Shown: positions 32,019 to 42,241 of the stretch, piece after piece
Position numbering within the stretch: the stretch's first letter is position 1
Layout of the letters: each line of letters opens with the position of its first letter
NCBI GenBank assembly: GCA_046761065.1
Contig: JBHIFL010000022.1
Coordinates: 1-50,980 of the forward strand
Source of the DNA: Candidatus Heimdallarchaeota archaeon
GTDB lineage: Archaea > Asgardarchaeota > Wukongarchaeia > Wukongarchaeales > JBHIFL01
Direction: 5' to 3'
DNA: 50,980 nt
Notes under the pieces: generated by a model
Databases searched by the model: none
Seen by the model: only the letters and a program-made list of their open reading frames with translations
Told to the model about the DNA's origin: nothing
Made by a program: the position numbers and the translations under genes

Positions 32019-33179
32019 ATGATCAAGAATGGGTTTGTAGTAACAAGGGATGCCTCCGATAAATTGGTGCCTGAAGGAGCAATATACATAGAAGATTCAA
32101 AGATAATCGATATTGGAAAGACAAGAGATCTCGATAAAACATATAAAGCCGAGTAAATCATCGACGCATCAAATGGCGTTATTATGCCAGGATTCGTAAA
32201 CTCGCATGTCCATTTTTTATCTGTTCTTAGGCGTGGCGTTGAGGATGACTTACCGCTCGAACAGTGGCTTGGGTCACTGCCTTGGTTCACTCCCGCTCGA
32301 ACAGTGGTTCCTCTGCATCAACTGGCGAGTAAGGAGGAACTCGCTGCTGTTTACAGGCTTGTATGTCTTGAAATGATTAAAGCAGGAATAACCTGCCACT
32401 CAGCCGGGACAGGATTGCTCCGTGAGAGGTATGAAAGTGGACTCAGGGGTTTTTGCGCTTTTCTTGTCACGGATGAAGTTGGAGATTATAAAAGTGTCCT
32501 TCAATGCGTACAAAAAAACTACTCAGATCGATTTCGGTTTGGACTCGGACCTTGGGCACCAGTGGTACCTGAGAACACCCTATTGGAGGTAAAAAAAGTA
32601 GCTGAGAGGCATAATCTTAAGATACATATGCATGTAGCCGAGTCTAGAAGAGAAATCCGAGAAATAAAAAGGAAATACAGGTGTGATAGATCTATCGAAT
32701 ATCTTGATCGATTGGGATTATTAAGCCCAAAGTTGGTCGCAGCTCATTGTATTCATGTATCATCCAGAGAAATGGATCTGATGCAGGTGAAAAGACTCGG
32801 GATAGCTCATTGTCCTTCGAGTAACGCGAAGTTAAAGGATGGAATCGCCCCTTTAGTTGATTTCTTCAGAGCAAAGATCCTCCTCGGCTTGGGGAGTGAT
32901 GGTCCTGCCACGAACAATTGTATTGATATGTTCCAAGAAATGAAGTTTGTATACCTCCTTCAAAGAGCAGCCCATTGCGATCCGACAGTAATCAACGCGA
33001 AAGATGTTTTAGGGATGGCAACGATTGGAGGAGCAAAATTACTTGGTATGGATAATAAAATCGGCTCTATTGAGATTGGTAAAAGAGCGGATATTACCAT
33101 CTTCGATGCCACCATGGGGCAATGGCAGGGCGGTGGGTTTTTTACCACCCTCTCGGAGAACTCCTCTATAATAGTTTAG
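32019..33179 (+). pseudogene. Amidohydrolase (MTA/SAH deaminase-like), interrupted and C-terminally truncated
   Basis: 'MIKNGFV' start, in-frame TAA at 32154-32156, then 'PGFVNSHVH', 'HMHVAE', 'HCPSSN', 'LGSDG', 'GKRAD'; similarity lost after ~33105. Confidence 0.75.
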
Positions 33180-33589
33180 AGTGCCCTCCTCACCAATAAA
33201 TACATTACAACCGCTGCTTACTCAGTCGACTAATCAAAAAGTGAAGGCGAATGTACCTTTTGTCCCTCCCTTGGGGTTTTTGTTTGTCCTAGGGATGAAG
33301 TCTATGACATCGTTTACAATCCATAGTTCTGAAAGCGGCAAGTTTAAGCCCTTTCGATACCGCATCGAAGAGGTCAAATTGGAAAAATCAATCAGGAATG
33401 GTCTTAAACGGTTAAGGATAAGTCGGTAACGGGAAGATGCATCATGTATCGACTTCATCAGGTGTTTCCGGAGCCGAATGATCGGATTTGGACTGTGTAC
33501 AGTAGTTATCTTAGGGTTTTATGAGGGTCAAAAACTTTTATATATACAGATATATATGGGCACGCCAGTCTGGTTAAAGAATCAGTAAG

Positions 33590-33940
33590 TTGGTTAAAAT
33601 GAACGGGAGAAGAATTCTCAAAGGATCTTTAGTCGGTATTGTTATTGCAAACGTCCCCACCGCAATCTTTCAAGATTCAAACATCGCTGTAGGAGTAGGA
33701 ATTACTTCCTTTTTTCTCGGAACAGTTATAGCCGGGTACGTCGCAGGAGACATGGCAGGAGGCGCCATAAGTGGGGCTATTATTGATGGGTTAATCTTGG
33801 TACTTGCAGCCGTCTCTCTCCAGACTGGTTCGTTAGCAGGTATTGCCCTTCTAATAATTTGGGAACTGCTTCTTGTCCCACTTATATTGGCTGGTCTAAT
33901 TGGTGGGTATGTCGCCCAACGAAAAAGTAAACCAGAATGA
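33590..33940 (+). CDS. Small Gly-rich membrane protein (DUF5518-like)
   Basis: 'IAGYVAG...GGAISGAI', 'GLIGGYV'. Confidence 0.65.
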   Translation: MVKMNGRRILKGSLVGIVIANVPTAIFQDSNIAVGVGITSFFLGTVIAGYVAGDMAGGAISGAIIDGLILVLAAVSLQTGSLAGIALLIIWELLLVPLILAGLIGGYVAQRKSKPE

Positions 33941-34270
33941 TTGATTCCAGCCCTTAAAAATTTTCCAATCATCCGAAGGGTTTGACACGGTACTCCTCCG
34001 GGTCGAGCTCGCATAGAGGTCAAGGTAGGTGGTGGGCATCGGCCTTCCTCCACCGGACAAGTCCAATATAATATACTTCATGACATCTATCGGTAAGTTC
34101 CTGTCGTCTTGTCGGATCTCGACCTTATAAACCTTATGGCGAGCACCAAATGCGCGATTTCTGCCCTTCTTGAAGGCATCACACGAGTCAGTTTGTTTAC
34201 ACATTGTACTTGTAGGAATACCATTGAATTTGTCGAAATAACTCACTCTCATCAAAGTCATGACAAACAT
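33896..34270 (-). CDS. Hypothetical protein
   Basis: 124-aa ORF with AT-rich upstream region; no motif recognised. Confidence 0.35.
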   Translation of the reverse strand: MFVMTLMRVSYFDKFNGIPTSTMCKQTDSCDAFKKGRNRAFGARHKVYKVEIRQDDRNLPIDVMKYIILDLSGGGRPMPTTYLDLYASSTRRSTVSNPSDDWKIFKGWNQSFWFTFSLGDIPTN

Positions 34271-34482
34271 AAAAAATTATACTTATCTATACTTTGATAA
34301 TATAAGTAATGTTTATTTACCCTTGAAGTACATACATCTAATTGTACAAATTTCGGAACACAAAAACAGACATTGAATTGTTTTCCAATAGAATACCTTC
34401 TATAAAGTTCAGTCAAAGACTAAGTGGACTAAGAATGCAAAAGGTCAAGGTCACGAAAACCCGCGAAGAAGAAGGATCCCTG

Positions 34483-35406
34483 ATGAAGGCCTCAGCTGTG
34501 AAGACCGCCTCGGTATATGTGCCGGGACATATCACGGGCTTGTTCGAGATCTGTCCTGCGCGGGATTTTGCCCATATGGGCAGTCGAGGGAGTGGGTTTT
34601 GCATCGACAAAGGCGTCAAGACCACTGTGACAGTGCGGCCACGCAATAACGATGCACAACCGTCGGTGGTCCATGTCTTCTTCGACTCGTGGCCAACCGC
34701 AGCACCGGTTACACGAACAGTGGTGCATCGGCTGCTCGCAGACACCCCAGGCGCTTATGAGATCTGGATTCGCCACGAGTTCGACATTCCCATTGGGGTC
34801 GGGCTGGGGGCGAGTGGGGCAGGGGCTCTGGGGACGGCTTGGGGGCTTGCAAAGGTGTTAAACCTGGGGAAGAGCCCACAGGAATTAGCACAGGTCGCGC
34901 ACATTGCGGAGGTTGAGAACCGAACGGGGTTAGGGGACGTGATTGCGCAATTCCACGGAGGGTTTGAGATTCGACACAAACCGGGGGCACCCGGGATTGG
35001 GGAGATCACGGTGCTGGGTGATGTGTGGGCGCGGGACGTCGTCTGTTTCTGTTTTGGGGAGGAGATCGAGACGGCCAGGGTGCTGAGCGATCCGAGAATG
35101 GTGCGACGGATCAGCCGGAGGGGCCACCAATTGCTCGAGGAACTGGCCGTGGGGTTTTCGCTGGAAGCGTTTTGCAAACTATCTCAGCGCTTCGCAAAAA
35201 CAACGGGATTAGTGACACCGAAGGTGGCGGCGATGTTACGACGGGCGAAGCGGGTGGGGGTAAAGCTGGGCTCGATGAGCATGTTAGGGAATTCGGTGTT
35301 CTTGTTTGTCGAGGAGGGGCGGAAGATCCTCCCGCGGCTAAGGAATGGGGCGAAGGAGGTGCTGGTGACGCAGATCCCGAAGAAAGGCCTCAATGGGATG
35401 ACCTAA
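34483..35406 (+). CDS. pok: Pantoate kinase (GHMP family, archaeal CoA biosynthesis)
   Basis: 'VPGHITGLF', 'GSRGSG', 'PIGVGLGASGA', 'AEVENRTGLGDV', 'PGAPG', 'SMLGNSVF'. Confidence 0.92.
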   Translation: MKASAVKTASVYVPGHITGLFEICPARDFAHMGSRGSGFCIDKGVKTTVTVRPRNNDAQPSVVHVFFDSWPTAAPVTRTVVHRLLADTPGAYEIWIRHEFDIPIGVGLGASGAGALGTAWGLAKVLNLGKSPQELAQVAHIAEVENRTGLGDVIAQFHGGFEIRHKPGAPGIGEITVLGDVWARDVVCFCFGEEIETARVLSDPRMVRRISRRGHQLLEELAVGFSLEAFCKLSQRFAKTTGLVTPKVAAMLRRAKRVGVKLGSMSMLGNSVFLFVEEGRKILPRLRNGAKEVLVTQIPKKGLNGMT

Positions 35407-36221
35407 TGCCTCATGTATCAAAAAAACATCCCCGATATATGTCGCTCAAGATCCGAGAGGACCTAGTGTGGGGGTTTCGGGCTGGGTTGGTGGTGGAGGC
35501 CGGGCTCATCGCGCATGGGCGGGGGGAGGCGTTAGACTATCTTCTAGGAGAGAAAAGCCAAGAGTTTGCCAAGGAAGCGGAGAAAGCAGCAGTTGCGGCC
35601 CTGTTAACCGCGGAACATCCAATGATTTCAGTCAATGGGAACACAGCTGCGCTGGTCGCTCCCGAGATTGTCCAGCTGGCAAAGCTTGTCAGGGCAAAAT
35701 TGGAAGTCAATATATTTCACAGGACAGTGGAGCGAGAGGAGCGGATCCGCGACATGCTCATCACAAGCGGAGCGAATCCGACCGACGTGGTAGGAGTGGG
35801 CGAGGCGGCGGATACTGAACTGCCAGGGATCGCGAGTGCACGGCGGCTGGTGGCGCAGGAGGGGATCGCGCGAGCGGATTGCCTTCTGGTGCCCCTCGAG
35901 GACGGGGATCGCACGGAGGCGTTACGGCGACTGAACAAGACAGTGATCGCGATCGATTTGAACCCCCTGTCGCGTACGGCGCAGAAGGCGTCCATCACGA
36001 TTGTTGACAATGTGGTGCGGGCCATCCCGAAGATGATTGCGTTGGGGAAGGAGGTCGCCACCGGGGAGCCAGCGCAGCGGAAGCAGTTGGTCAATGCGTA
36101 TGATAACCAGAAGGTCTTGAGAGCAGCTATCTCCACGATAACAACACGGCTTTCGGCTCTTACGGATCTAGATGTGTCTTTCGAGAAGGGAGGAGTGAAA
36201 GCGGAAGGAAAACTCCTCTAG
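35406..36221 (+). CDS. pps: 4-phosphopantoate-beta-alanine ligase (phosphopantothenate synthetase)
   Basis: 'HPRYMSL', 'GLIAHGRGEALDYLLGE', 'SVNGN', 'VPLEDGDR', 'IDLNPLSRT'; TAATG overlap with pok. Confidence 0.93.
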   Translation: MPHVSKKHPRYMSLKIREDLVWGFRAGLVVEAGLIAHGRGEALDYLLGEKSQEFAKEAEKAAVAALLTAEHPMISVNGNTAALVAPEIVQLAKLVRAKLEVNIFHRTVEREERIRDMLITSGANPTDVVGVGEAADTELPGIASARRLVAQEGIARADCLLVPLEDGDRTEALRRLNKTVIAIDLNPLSRTAQKASITIVDNVVRAIPKMIALGKEVATGEPAQRKQLVNAYDNQKVLRAAISTITTRLSALTDLDVSFEKGGVKAEGKLL

Positions 36222-36351
36222 TGAAAAGATTGGACCATTACGAGAAAAAAATTTCCAGATTTTGTTTTTCTAGTATTTAGGGAAGTGGAAGGAGAGAAAG
36301 ATTTATAGTTCTTATAGATTCTATAATTATGATAGCGAAGGAAGTGAAAGT

Positions 36352-36621
36352 TTGACAACAATTCAAATCGATGAAGAAACAAAAAAGAAGCTCTTGGAGA
36401 TTGGGGGAGAATTACAAGCACGGATGAAGAAGAATATATCATTCAATGACACGATAACGTTTCTGATCGATGCATATAGAGGAAAATTGGGGCTTTCAGC
36501 GTTGTTGCCTCTTTACGGAAGCTTGAACAAGGACGCAAACGAAGTTAGAAGAATATTTGTAGAGTTAAGGAAAGAAGAGGAAGCCAGACTTGAACGACTT
36601 ACAGGGCGATCTAACCATTGA
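36352..36621 (+). CDS. vapB: VapB-like antitoxin
   Basis: 'MTTIQIDEETKKKL...SFNDTI'; overlaps the PIN gene. Confidence 0.75.
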   Translation: MTTIQIDEETKKKLLEIGGELQARMKKNISFNDTITFLIDAYRGKLGLSALLPLYGSLNKDANEVRRIFVELRKEEEARLERLTGRSNH

Positions 36622-37015
36622 TACCAGCGCGTGGATAGAATTCTTTCTTGGGACGCCCCAAGGCGAGCTCATCAAGGAGTATCTAGAGCAACCTGAGCCG
36701 AAACGGGTGTTTATTCCAATTCAAGTGCTCGCGGAGATCTATTACATTTTATGCAGAAAAAAGGGAGAAAATTACGCAGAGCACTGTATAAAACTCCTTT
36801 CGGATATCAAAGAGGTAACCATTGACAGCTCAGTTGCCCTTGCTAAAGAAGCAGGCAAGTTGAAATGTACGCGGACAATCTCATTAACGGATTGTAGTTG
36901 TATTGCGCTGGGGAAACGTGCGAACACCAAAGTAGTGTTTGCCAGAAAGGAGAAAGAGATTGAGAAAGAGGAAACCAAACAGCCCTTTGAGGTTTCCCTT
37001 CTTTTTCTCGAATGA
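36590..37015 (+). CDS. vapC: VapC PIN-domain toxin, intact
   Basis: 'IDTSAWIEF', 'LAEIYY', 'SLTDCSCIA'. Confidence 0.85.
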   Translation: MNDLQGDLTIDTSAWIEFFLGTPQGELIKEYLEQPEPKRVFIPIQVLAEIYYILCRKKGENYAEHCIKLLSDIKEVTIDSSVALAKEAGKLKCTRTISLTDCSCIALGKRANTKVVFARKEKEIEKEETKQPFEVSLLFLE

Positions 37016-37260
37016 AACAGAAAAAAGTAATGTCGGAATCTTAATTTACGTAATGAAATAACCTAGGAAACGTAATAGAAGAGCTGGAGAGAAGCCAACC
37101 GGTATTAAAAATCTGGTTTATTGCCAAGCTAGATGCCTTCTCGAGGAGGAATGAGAAAAATCCCAACGCATGACTTGAAGACTAAAGGAAAGCCGACTAA
37201 TAGTTGTTAGGGAAACATCTTGATGAAAGAGGGGAATAAGCTGGCTTACAGCTGGTTGCG

Positions 37261-37640
37261 ACACTTCAGCGGAGTTGAACCATAAATATAAGGTCTCATC
37301 TTGAGTAAAGAATTACTCATAGTCGTCTTAAGCAAGAGGCACTGCAAAAAGGAGGAGTTGAATAATACCAAAAGATAAGTTCTTTCCGGAGATGATTACA
37401 ACCCTACTGGAAGCAGATATCCCAATCGAGGGGGTACGTTCACATCTTTTGCAAGGCGAAAAGCAACAGTTCGTCTTTATGAGGTTTGAAAAGGATGTAG
37501 GAGTTCCAGAACATTTGCATGAAGCGCATTGGGGCGTCGTTTTAGATGGGGAAATCGAAGTAACCAGCGATGGCAAGGAATGTACGTGTATAAAAGGGGA
37601 TACATACTTAATTCTCAATGCTGTCAAGCACCGCGTAAAA
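37261..37640 (+). pseudogene. Inverted, degraded copy of the cupin gene and its upstream region (source ~26215-26594)
   Basis: Near-identical 'MITTLLEADIPI...PEHLHEA'; start ATG changed to ATA; C-terminus diverges. Confidence 0.8.
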
Positions 37641-37899
37641 GTTTATATCCTTGCAAATATAAAGTTACCGGAATTCTATCTTATAATCGGAAATCAAGCC
37701 TCGAGGTCTCCGCAGTATTTACAAAAAACTTTTTCCGGCTCAGATAATCTTTATCATATTTTTTTCAGTGTTTTTGATTGACATCAAATTTGAATGATTT
37801 CGACCAGCTGCATACTTAAAATGAATTGTTTATTTACCATATTAGTTGAACCGCATGTGAATGTAATCTGAAAATTTTCAAAAGAGCCCAGACATCGCT

Positions 37900-38532
37900 T
37901 TACTTAGAAGCTTGGACAATCCATCTCCCGCTCTCATCTTTGAGTAATTTCAGGTCTTTGAATTTTGTAAATAATTCTTGAATTTCTTTTTTAGTATAGA
38001 AACTGTGTGGTAATCCTGTTTCTGGTCCAATTAGTGGAATAAATGTTCCTCTCTCTATTTCTTTACGGGTTTTGAAAGTATTCCATATTTTCACGCAAGA
38101 AAGGTCGGGAATTGTGATGAAGATCTTCCCATTCGGCACTAACGCAGAATATATTGTATCAATTAGATTTTTTATTTCTGACTTTTTCCCATGATGAAGA
38201 GCTGTAATTGATATAATCAAGTCATATTTTTCTTTGGGGATCTTACAAAGATACATATCGGCTACTCTTACAGCCAATTTATTATCTAAAATGACTTTTG
38301 CCATATCTATTGCAGTTTTACTTGAATCAATGCCAGCAATTTTAAAACCCGATAGTTCTAGCAGTTTTAGGTATCTACCGTCTCCACAACCAATGTCAAA
38401 TACTGATTTGAGTTTGAAGTCAGAGTTTTTTAGAAATTCTTTGAAGAGGGGATGTATTTCTTCACCCAGTGATGCCCAAGCTTTACCTACTCTTTTGTAC
38501 TCCTTGTAAATCTCATCCCAAATTGTCATCAA
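37900..38532 (-). CDS. Class I SAM-dependent methyltransferase (TehB-like)
   Basis: 'VFDIGCGDGRY', 'GIDSS', 'LVPNG'. Confidence 0.85.
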   Translation of the reverse strand: MMTIWDEIYKEYKRVGKAWASLGEEIHPLFKEFLKNSDFKLKSVFDIGCGDGRYLKLLELSGFKIAGIDSSKTAIDMAKVILDNKLAVRVADMYLCKIPKEKYDLIISITALHHGKKSEIKNLIDTIYSALVPNGKIFITIPDLSCVKIWNTFKTRKEIERGTFIPLIGPETGLPHSFYTKKEIQELFTKFKDLKLLKDESGRWIVQASK

Positions 38533-38625
38533 AAAGATATGTAATTACGCAGCAATAAAAAAGATTTTACAACTCTGCACTCCCTTTATCATGGTTACGA
38601 AATTTCAAAGACGAAAAATACGTCT

Positions 38626-38920
38626 ATGCCAAATACGTCCCCAAATCCATGGGTCTGCCATTAAAGTGGATATCCGTGATAAACAGGGCTTTGCCATCTA
38701 AATGGATGGGAAGTTGATTTTTGATTTTGGTATAGGGATTTCCTAGGGGATAGAGGAGAAAAGGAAAATTAAGGAGGGAAAATGAAATTAGAAATAGAGC
38801 CAATATGCTCTTTTTATGTTTTAAGACTCTGGAAAATTTCAATACCCTCTTGCTCTCATTTCTAGAAGTTCTTTAAGAAGATATGGAACATAACAAGGGT
38901 AAGATAGTTTTAATCGATTT
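38626..38920 (-). pseudogene. Inverted, truncated copy of the metallophosphoesterase 5' end plus upstream region (source ~28408-28702)
   Basis: First 72 aa identical except 2 residues; upstream ~80 bp also conserved. Confidence 0.9.
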
Positions 38921-39069
38921 TTAATGACAGATTATAGGTGTAGGATGGGAGATTTATGGGGTGATAGGATGCTATTCCTATTTATTTTCCTTAAATAGGC
39001 TCGAAGAAGGACAACTATGGGACATAAAAGGATTTATGATGGTCTAGTCTATAAATCGGCCGATAGGGG

Positions 39070-40881
39070 TTATTTCAGGTAAAAATATTCACCTATATCT
39101 CTCTGTTCCCGATCCAAGCGAGAACCGGGTTTATTGACTCGTGGGCGTCCGCTTTCCGGATCTCGGCGAAAGGTGATCTGGACATCTTTAAGGAAGGCAT
39201 TCATACCAGTACGAAGATCAACGGGACGACTGGCCTCACCAACTCGTCCCGGGATCCCTTGGAAAACAATCATTGAGTCGGCAAGGTAATCGATCATGGT
39301 GACATCATGTTCAACGATGAATGCGGCTTTGTCCTTTTCTTCAAGGCGTTCAATGCGCCTCTTAATAACTTTAGCGACAGTCAACCGATCCTCAGCAGAA
39401 ATGTACGCGCTTGGCTCATCCAGGAGGAAAAGGTCAGCATCTCTAGCAAGACAGGCAGCAATTTCAACCTTTTGTAATTCTCCTCCACTAAGGCTTACGA
39501 GTTCCCGGTCCATGAGCTGGTCTACTCCTAGCCCCTTTAAGACATCCGATTTAAACCAAGTGGTCACAATACGCGCCTGGTTAACCTGAGCTAAGTAGTC
39601 CTCAACTACTCCTTCAAAGGAGGGCATGATGTACTGTGGTTTATAGCTAATTTGTAATTCATCTGTCTCATTCAAAAGGGACTTTCCTTCATCAGGTTCA
39701 AGTACACCCGCCAGCAATTTGACAAAGGTCGTTTTCCCAATGGCATTTGGCCCCAAACAGCCAATAATTTCTCCTTCTCGGATGTCACCATGCTGTGCCT
39801 TAAAGGTAAAACCATTGAGAGATTTTTTCATCGGTTCAAACTCGAGGATGATTTGTTTGGATGCACGTTCAGAAGGCAACACGGGGCGGACTTCAAATTT
39901 AATCCCTTCAGGACGGAACCGCATATTCTCGTCGGGTAGATAACCCGTTAAGAAGAGATTGATCCCTTCACGAACTCCATGAGGGTGTGAAACAATCCCA
40001 TAAACACCTGGATGCCCGTAGAAAATTGAAATCACATCCGAAACATAATCAAGGACAGCCAAATCATGTTCCACGACAACAACAGTCGTGTTGTCATCCA
40101 GGAGCGAACGGATAGCTCGAGCCATCCGCATTCGTTCATAGACGTCCAAGAAGCTAGAGGGTTCGTCAAACAAGTAGAGGGTGGCATCGCGAAGTAAAGC
40201 GGCTCCAATTGCCGTTTTTTGGAGTTCTCCTCCGCTCAATTGCGATACTTCTCGATTAAGAACATCTGAGAGACCTAGAAAAGCACTGACTTCTTTGAGT
40301 TCACCTTTTTCATCGGCTCGTTCGAGATTTTCTTGCACGGTCCCCTTAAGCTGGGCGAGCTTGTCGACATATTGGGGTTTCAGAACGGCGCGAACTTGTC
40401 CCGCAGACAAGTCTTCAAAGAATGTTTGGAGTTCTGAGCCGCGGAACACTTTGATTAATTCATCCCATGAAGGAAATTCGTCAAAACGTCCTAGGTTTGG
40501 CTTCAGATCGCCTAGGAGGATGCGGAGGGCTGTACTCTTCCCTGCTCCATTCTGCCCAACAAGACCAAGCACTTTCCCCCTCTTTGGAATGGGTAACCGG
40601 AACAGTTCAAACATATTCTTACCATATCGGAAGATGAGGTCGAATTCCAGCCGTTTGGGGAGGTTGACGACTTCAACAGCACCAAAAGGACACTTTTTAA
40701 CGCAGATCCCAGCTCCTATGCAAAGAGTTTCGATAATGGTTGGTGGTTTGTCCTCACCCTCCTCAAAGGTCACCGTTTGATCACCTGCCAGCCAGCGGGG
40801 ACACAGGCGCTGGCATTCGTGCGTACATTTGGTCGGTCTACATTTCTCTCGATTTACTACTGCGATACGAAGTTTAGTCAT
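39070..40881 (-). CDS. rli: ABCE1/Rli1 ribosome recycling ATPase
   Basis: N-terminal Fe-S domain; two NBDs (GQNGAGKS, GPNAIGKT, LSGGELQ twice); C-terminal 'TFRRD..SGRPRVNK'. Confidence 0.96.
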   Translation of the reverse strand: MTKLRIAVVNREKCRPTKCTHECQRLCPRWLAGDQTVTFEEGEDKPPTIIETLCIGAGICVKKCPFGAVEVVNLPKRLEFDLIFRYGKNMFELFRLPIPKRGKVLGLVGQNGAGKSTALRILLGDLKPNLGRFDEFPSWDELIKVFRGSELQTFFEDLSAGQVRAVLKPQYVDKLAQLKGTVQENLERADEKGELKEVSAFLGLSDVLNREVSQLSGGELQKTAIGAALLRDATLYLFDEPSSFLDVYERMRMARAIRSLLDDNTTVVVVEHDLAVLDYVSDVISIFYGHPGVYGIVSHPHGVREGINLFLTGYLPDENMRFRPEGIKFEVRPVLPSERASKQIILEFEPMKKSLNGFTFKAQHGDIREGEIIGCLGPNAIGKTTFVKLLAGVLEPDEGKSLLNETDELQISYKPQYIMPSFEGVVEDYLAQVNQARIVTTWFKSDVLKGLGVDQLMDRELVSLSGGELQKVEIAACLARDADLFLLDEPSAYISAEDRLTVAKVIKRRIERLEEKDKAAFIVEHDVTMIDYLADSMIVFQGIPGRVGEASRPVDLRTGMNAFLKDVQITFRRDPESGRPRVNKPGSRLDREQRDIGEYFYLK

Positions 40882-41013
40882 GAGCCAACCTCCTTATCAC
40901 TCCCCCAAATCAAATAGGCGCATTTTGTCTTAAAAAAATGATGGAACCTCCCTTGTGGATATCACGGCGTGTTTAATCGGCAAAAGTAAATCTGAATGCT
41001 AAGTTGGTAAAAA

Positions 41014-41451
41014 TTATTCCATAAGTTTCAGATAAACTTTGTCCGCTTGTTCTACCTTCTTGATCCGACCCTTCTCGATTAAGGTTTCAACAGCAGCATC
41101 AAAAGCGGTCTTTTCAATTGGTTGCTTGCCTGATTGCGCTGAAGTCATCACATGATTCATGAAGATGGCTTCAACTAATTCAAGTTTGGAGGTGAACGCT
41201 TCTAAGACCGCTACTTCTTCTGGAGATGGTGCAGTCGGGCTGAAACTCTCGACTGTGGCGGCAACAGGGAGAACAGCGGCTATTGCGGTAGCAAGATTCT
41301 TCCCACCCACACTCTCCGAAAAGCCATAAAGATCTGCGATCACATGAACGGCATAATCCATAAAAGCTTTGACGGAGGGAAAACTACCTTTCTCGACCAG
41401 CTCTTGGATAAAATCCACTAGGTTTGGAGGGAGGTCGATGTCAATTTCCAT
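41014..41451 (-). CDS. RHH (CopG-like) plus C-terminal winged-helix hypothetical protein
   Basis: 'IDLPPNLVDFIQELVEKGSFPSVKAFMDYAV'; 'ETLIEKGRI'. Confidence 0.65.
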   Translation of the reverse strand: MEIDIDLPPNLVDFIQELVEKGSFPSVKAFMDYAVHVIADLYGFSESVGGKNLATAIAAVLPVAATVESFSPTAPSPEEVAVLEAFTSKLELVEAIFMNHVMTSAQSGKQPIEKTAFDAAVETLIEKGRIKKVEQADKVYLKLME

Positions 41452-41472
41452 ATTTTACTCCTCTTTATGATT

Positions 41473-41796
41473 CTATTCGCCGGAGAAGGCATCCAATACA
41501 TCTTTGACAATAGATGCGTATCCGGGAGAGATATTGAATTTCTGGCGTGTTTTATATTCGCCTTCCTTGTTTCGTTGCCATCCATAAAGGCGGATTTGTT
41601 TCTTACCCTGACTATCTACTAAGACAATGGCCTTAAACCAATTACCCATTCGGGTAAGGGTACGCCCTCGAAGAACCTGCACACCTTCGCCCACTGGGAA
41701 GTTCTCTGGGTCTTCTGGCAACAGCTCCTTTAATAACTCCTCTTCGGTCAATCTTTTCACCTTATATTCGTTCTTCTTGGCTTCTTTAAAAATCAA
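41473..41796 (-). CDS. Hypothetical protein, possibly PC4/YdbC-like nucleic-acid-binding fold
   Basis: Beta-rich 'KQIRLYGWQRNKEGEYKTRQKFNI' plus C-terminal helix; start may be the TTG at 41751 after GGTGA. Confidence 0.6.
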   Translation of the reverse strand: MIFKEAKKNEYKVKRLTEEELLKELLPEDPENFPVGEGVQVLRGRTLTRMGNWFKAIVLVDSQGKKQIRLYGWQRNKEGEYKTRQKFNISPGYASIVKDVLDAFSGE

Positions 41797-42241
41797 CCGT
41801 TCGGAGAATCAGGGATTCAAAGACGTCCATTTAAATACTACTTCTATCTTGTTATTTTACTACGATTCATTAAACTCCAAAGTTTCAAGTATTGGGAGAT
41901 CTTCTCTCTTTGTGTGATTGGAGTGGTCCCCATTCATTGTTGCCAATTATGTTATGTTCCTTCATGACAGAAATACTCCCTCTGCCTTCTAAGATCCATA
42001 CTTTTTGATGCATTCTTAGATTATATTCTTATCTTCTTCACAAGACGGAAGCACATCAAAAAATCTTTGATAATCTTCCCTAAGCAGACTCTTAAAAACA
42101 TGGAAATTACTTGTGTATTACCCAATACTCATTCATATTTCTAGTTAAGATGTTTTGAAAAAGAAGCCAAGAGTCGCAAGATACTAATCAAACACAACAA
42201 ATAAAAAATGAGCGAATGAATCAAAAAATAACAATACCAAT

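Noticed and set aside
33105-33500. Insertion relic truncating the amidohydrolase (GC hairpin near 33128-33151)
   Set aside because: No identifiable element ends or coding motif
35025-35405. N-terminal extension of PPS in the 398-aa ORF
   Set aside because: Shadow frame over GC-rich pok; the real start is the ATG at 35406
23000-39000. Integron-like cassette array
   Set aside because: A few RYYYAAC/GTTRRRY-like words (e.g. ~25111, ~26064-26082, ~26593) but no consistent attC hairpins; genes are in mixed orientation and no integrase is present
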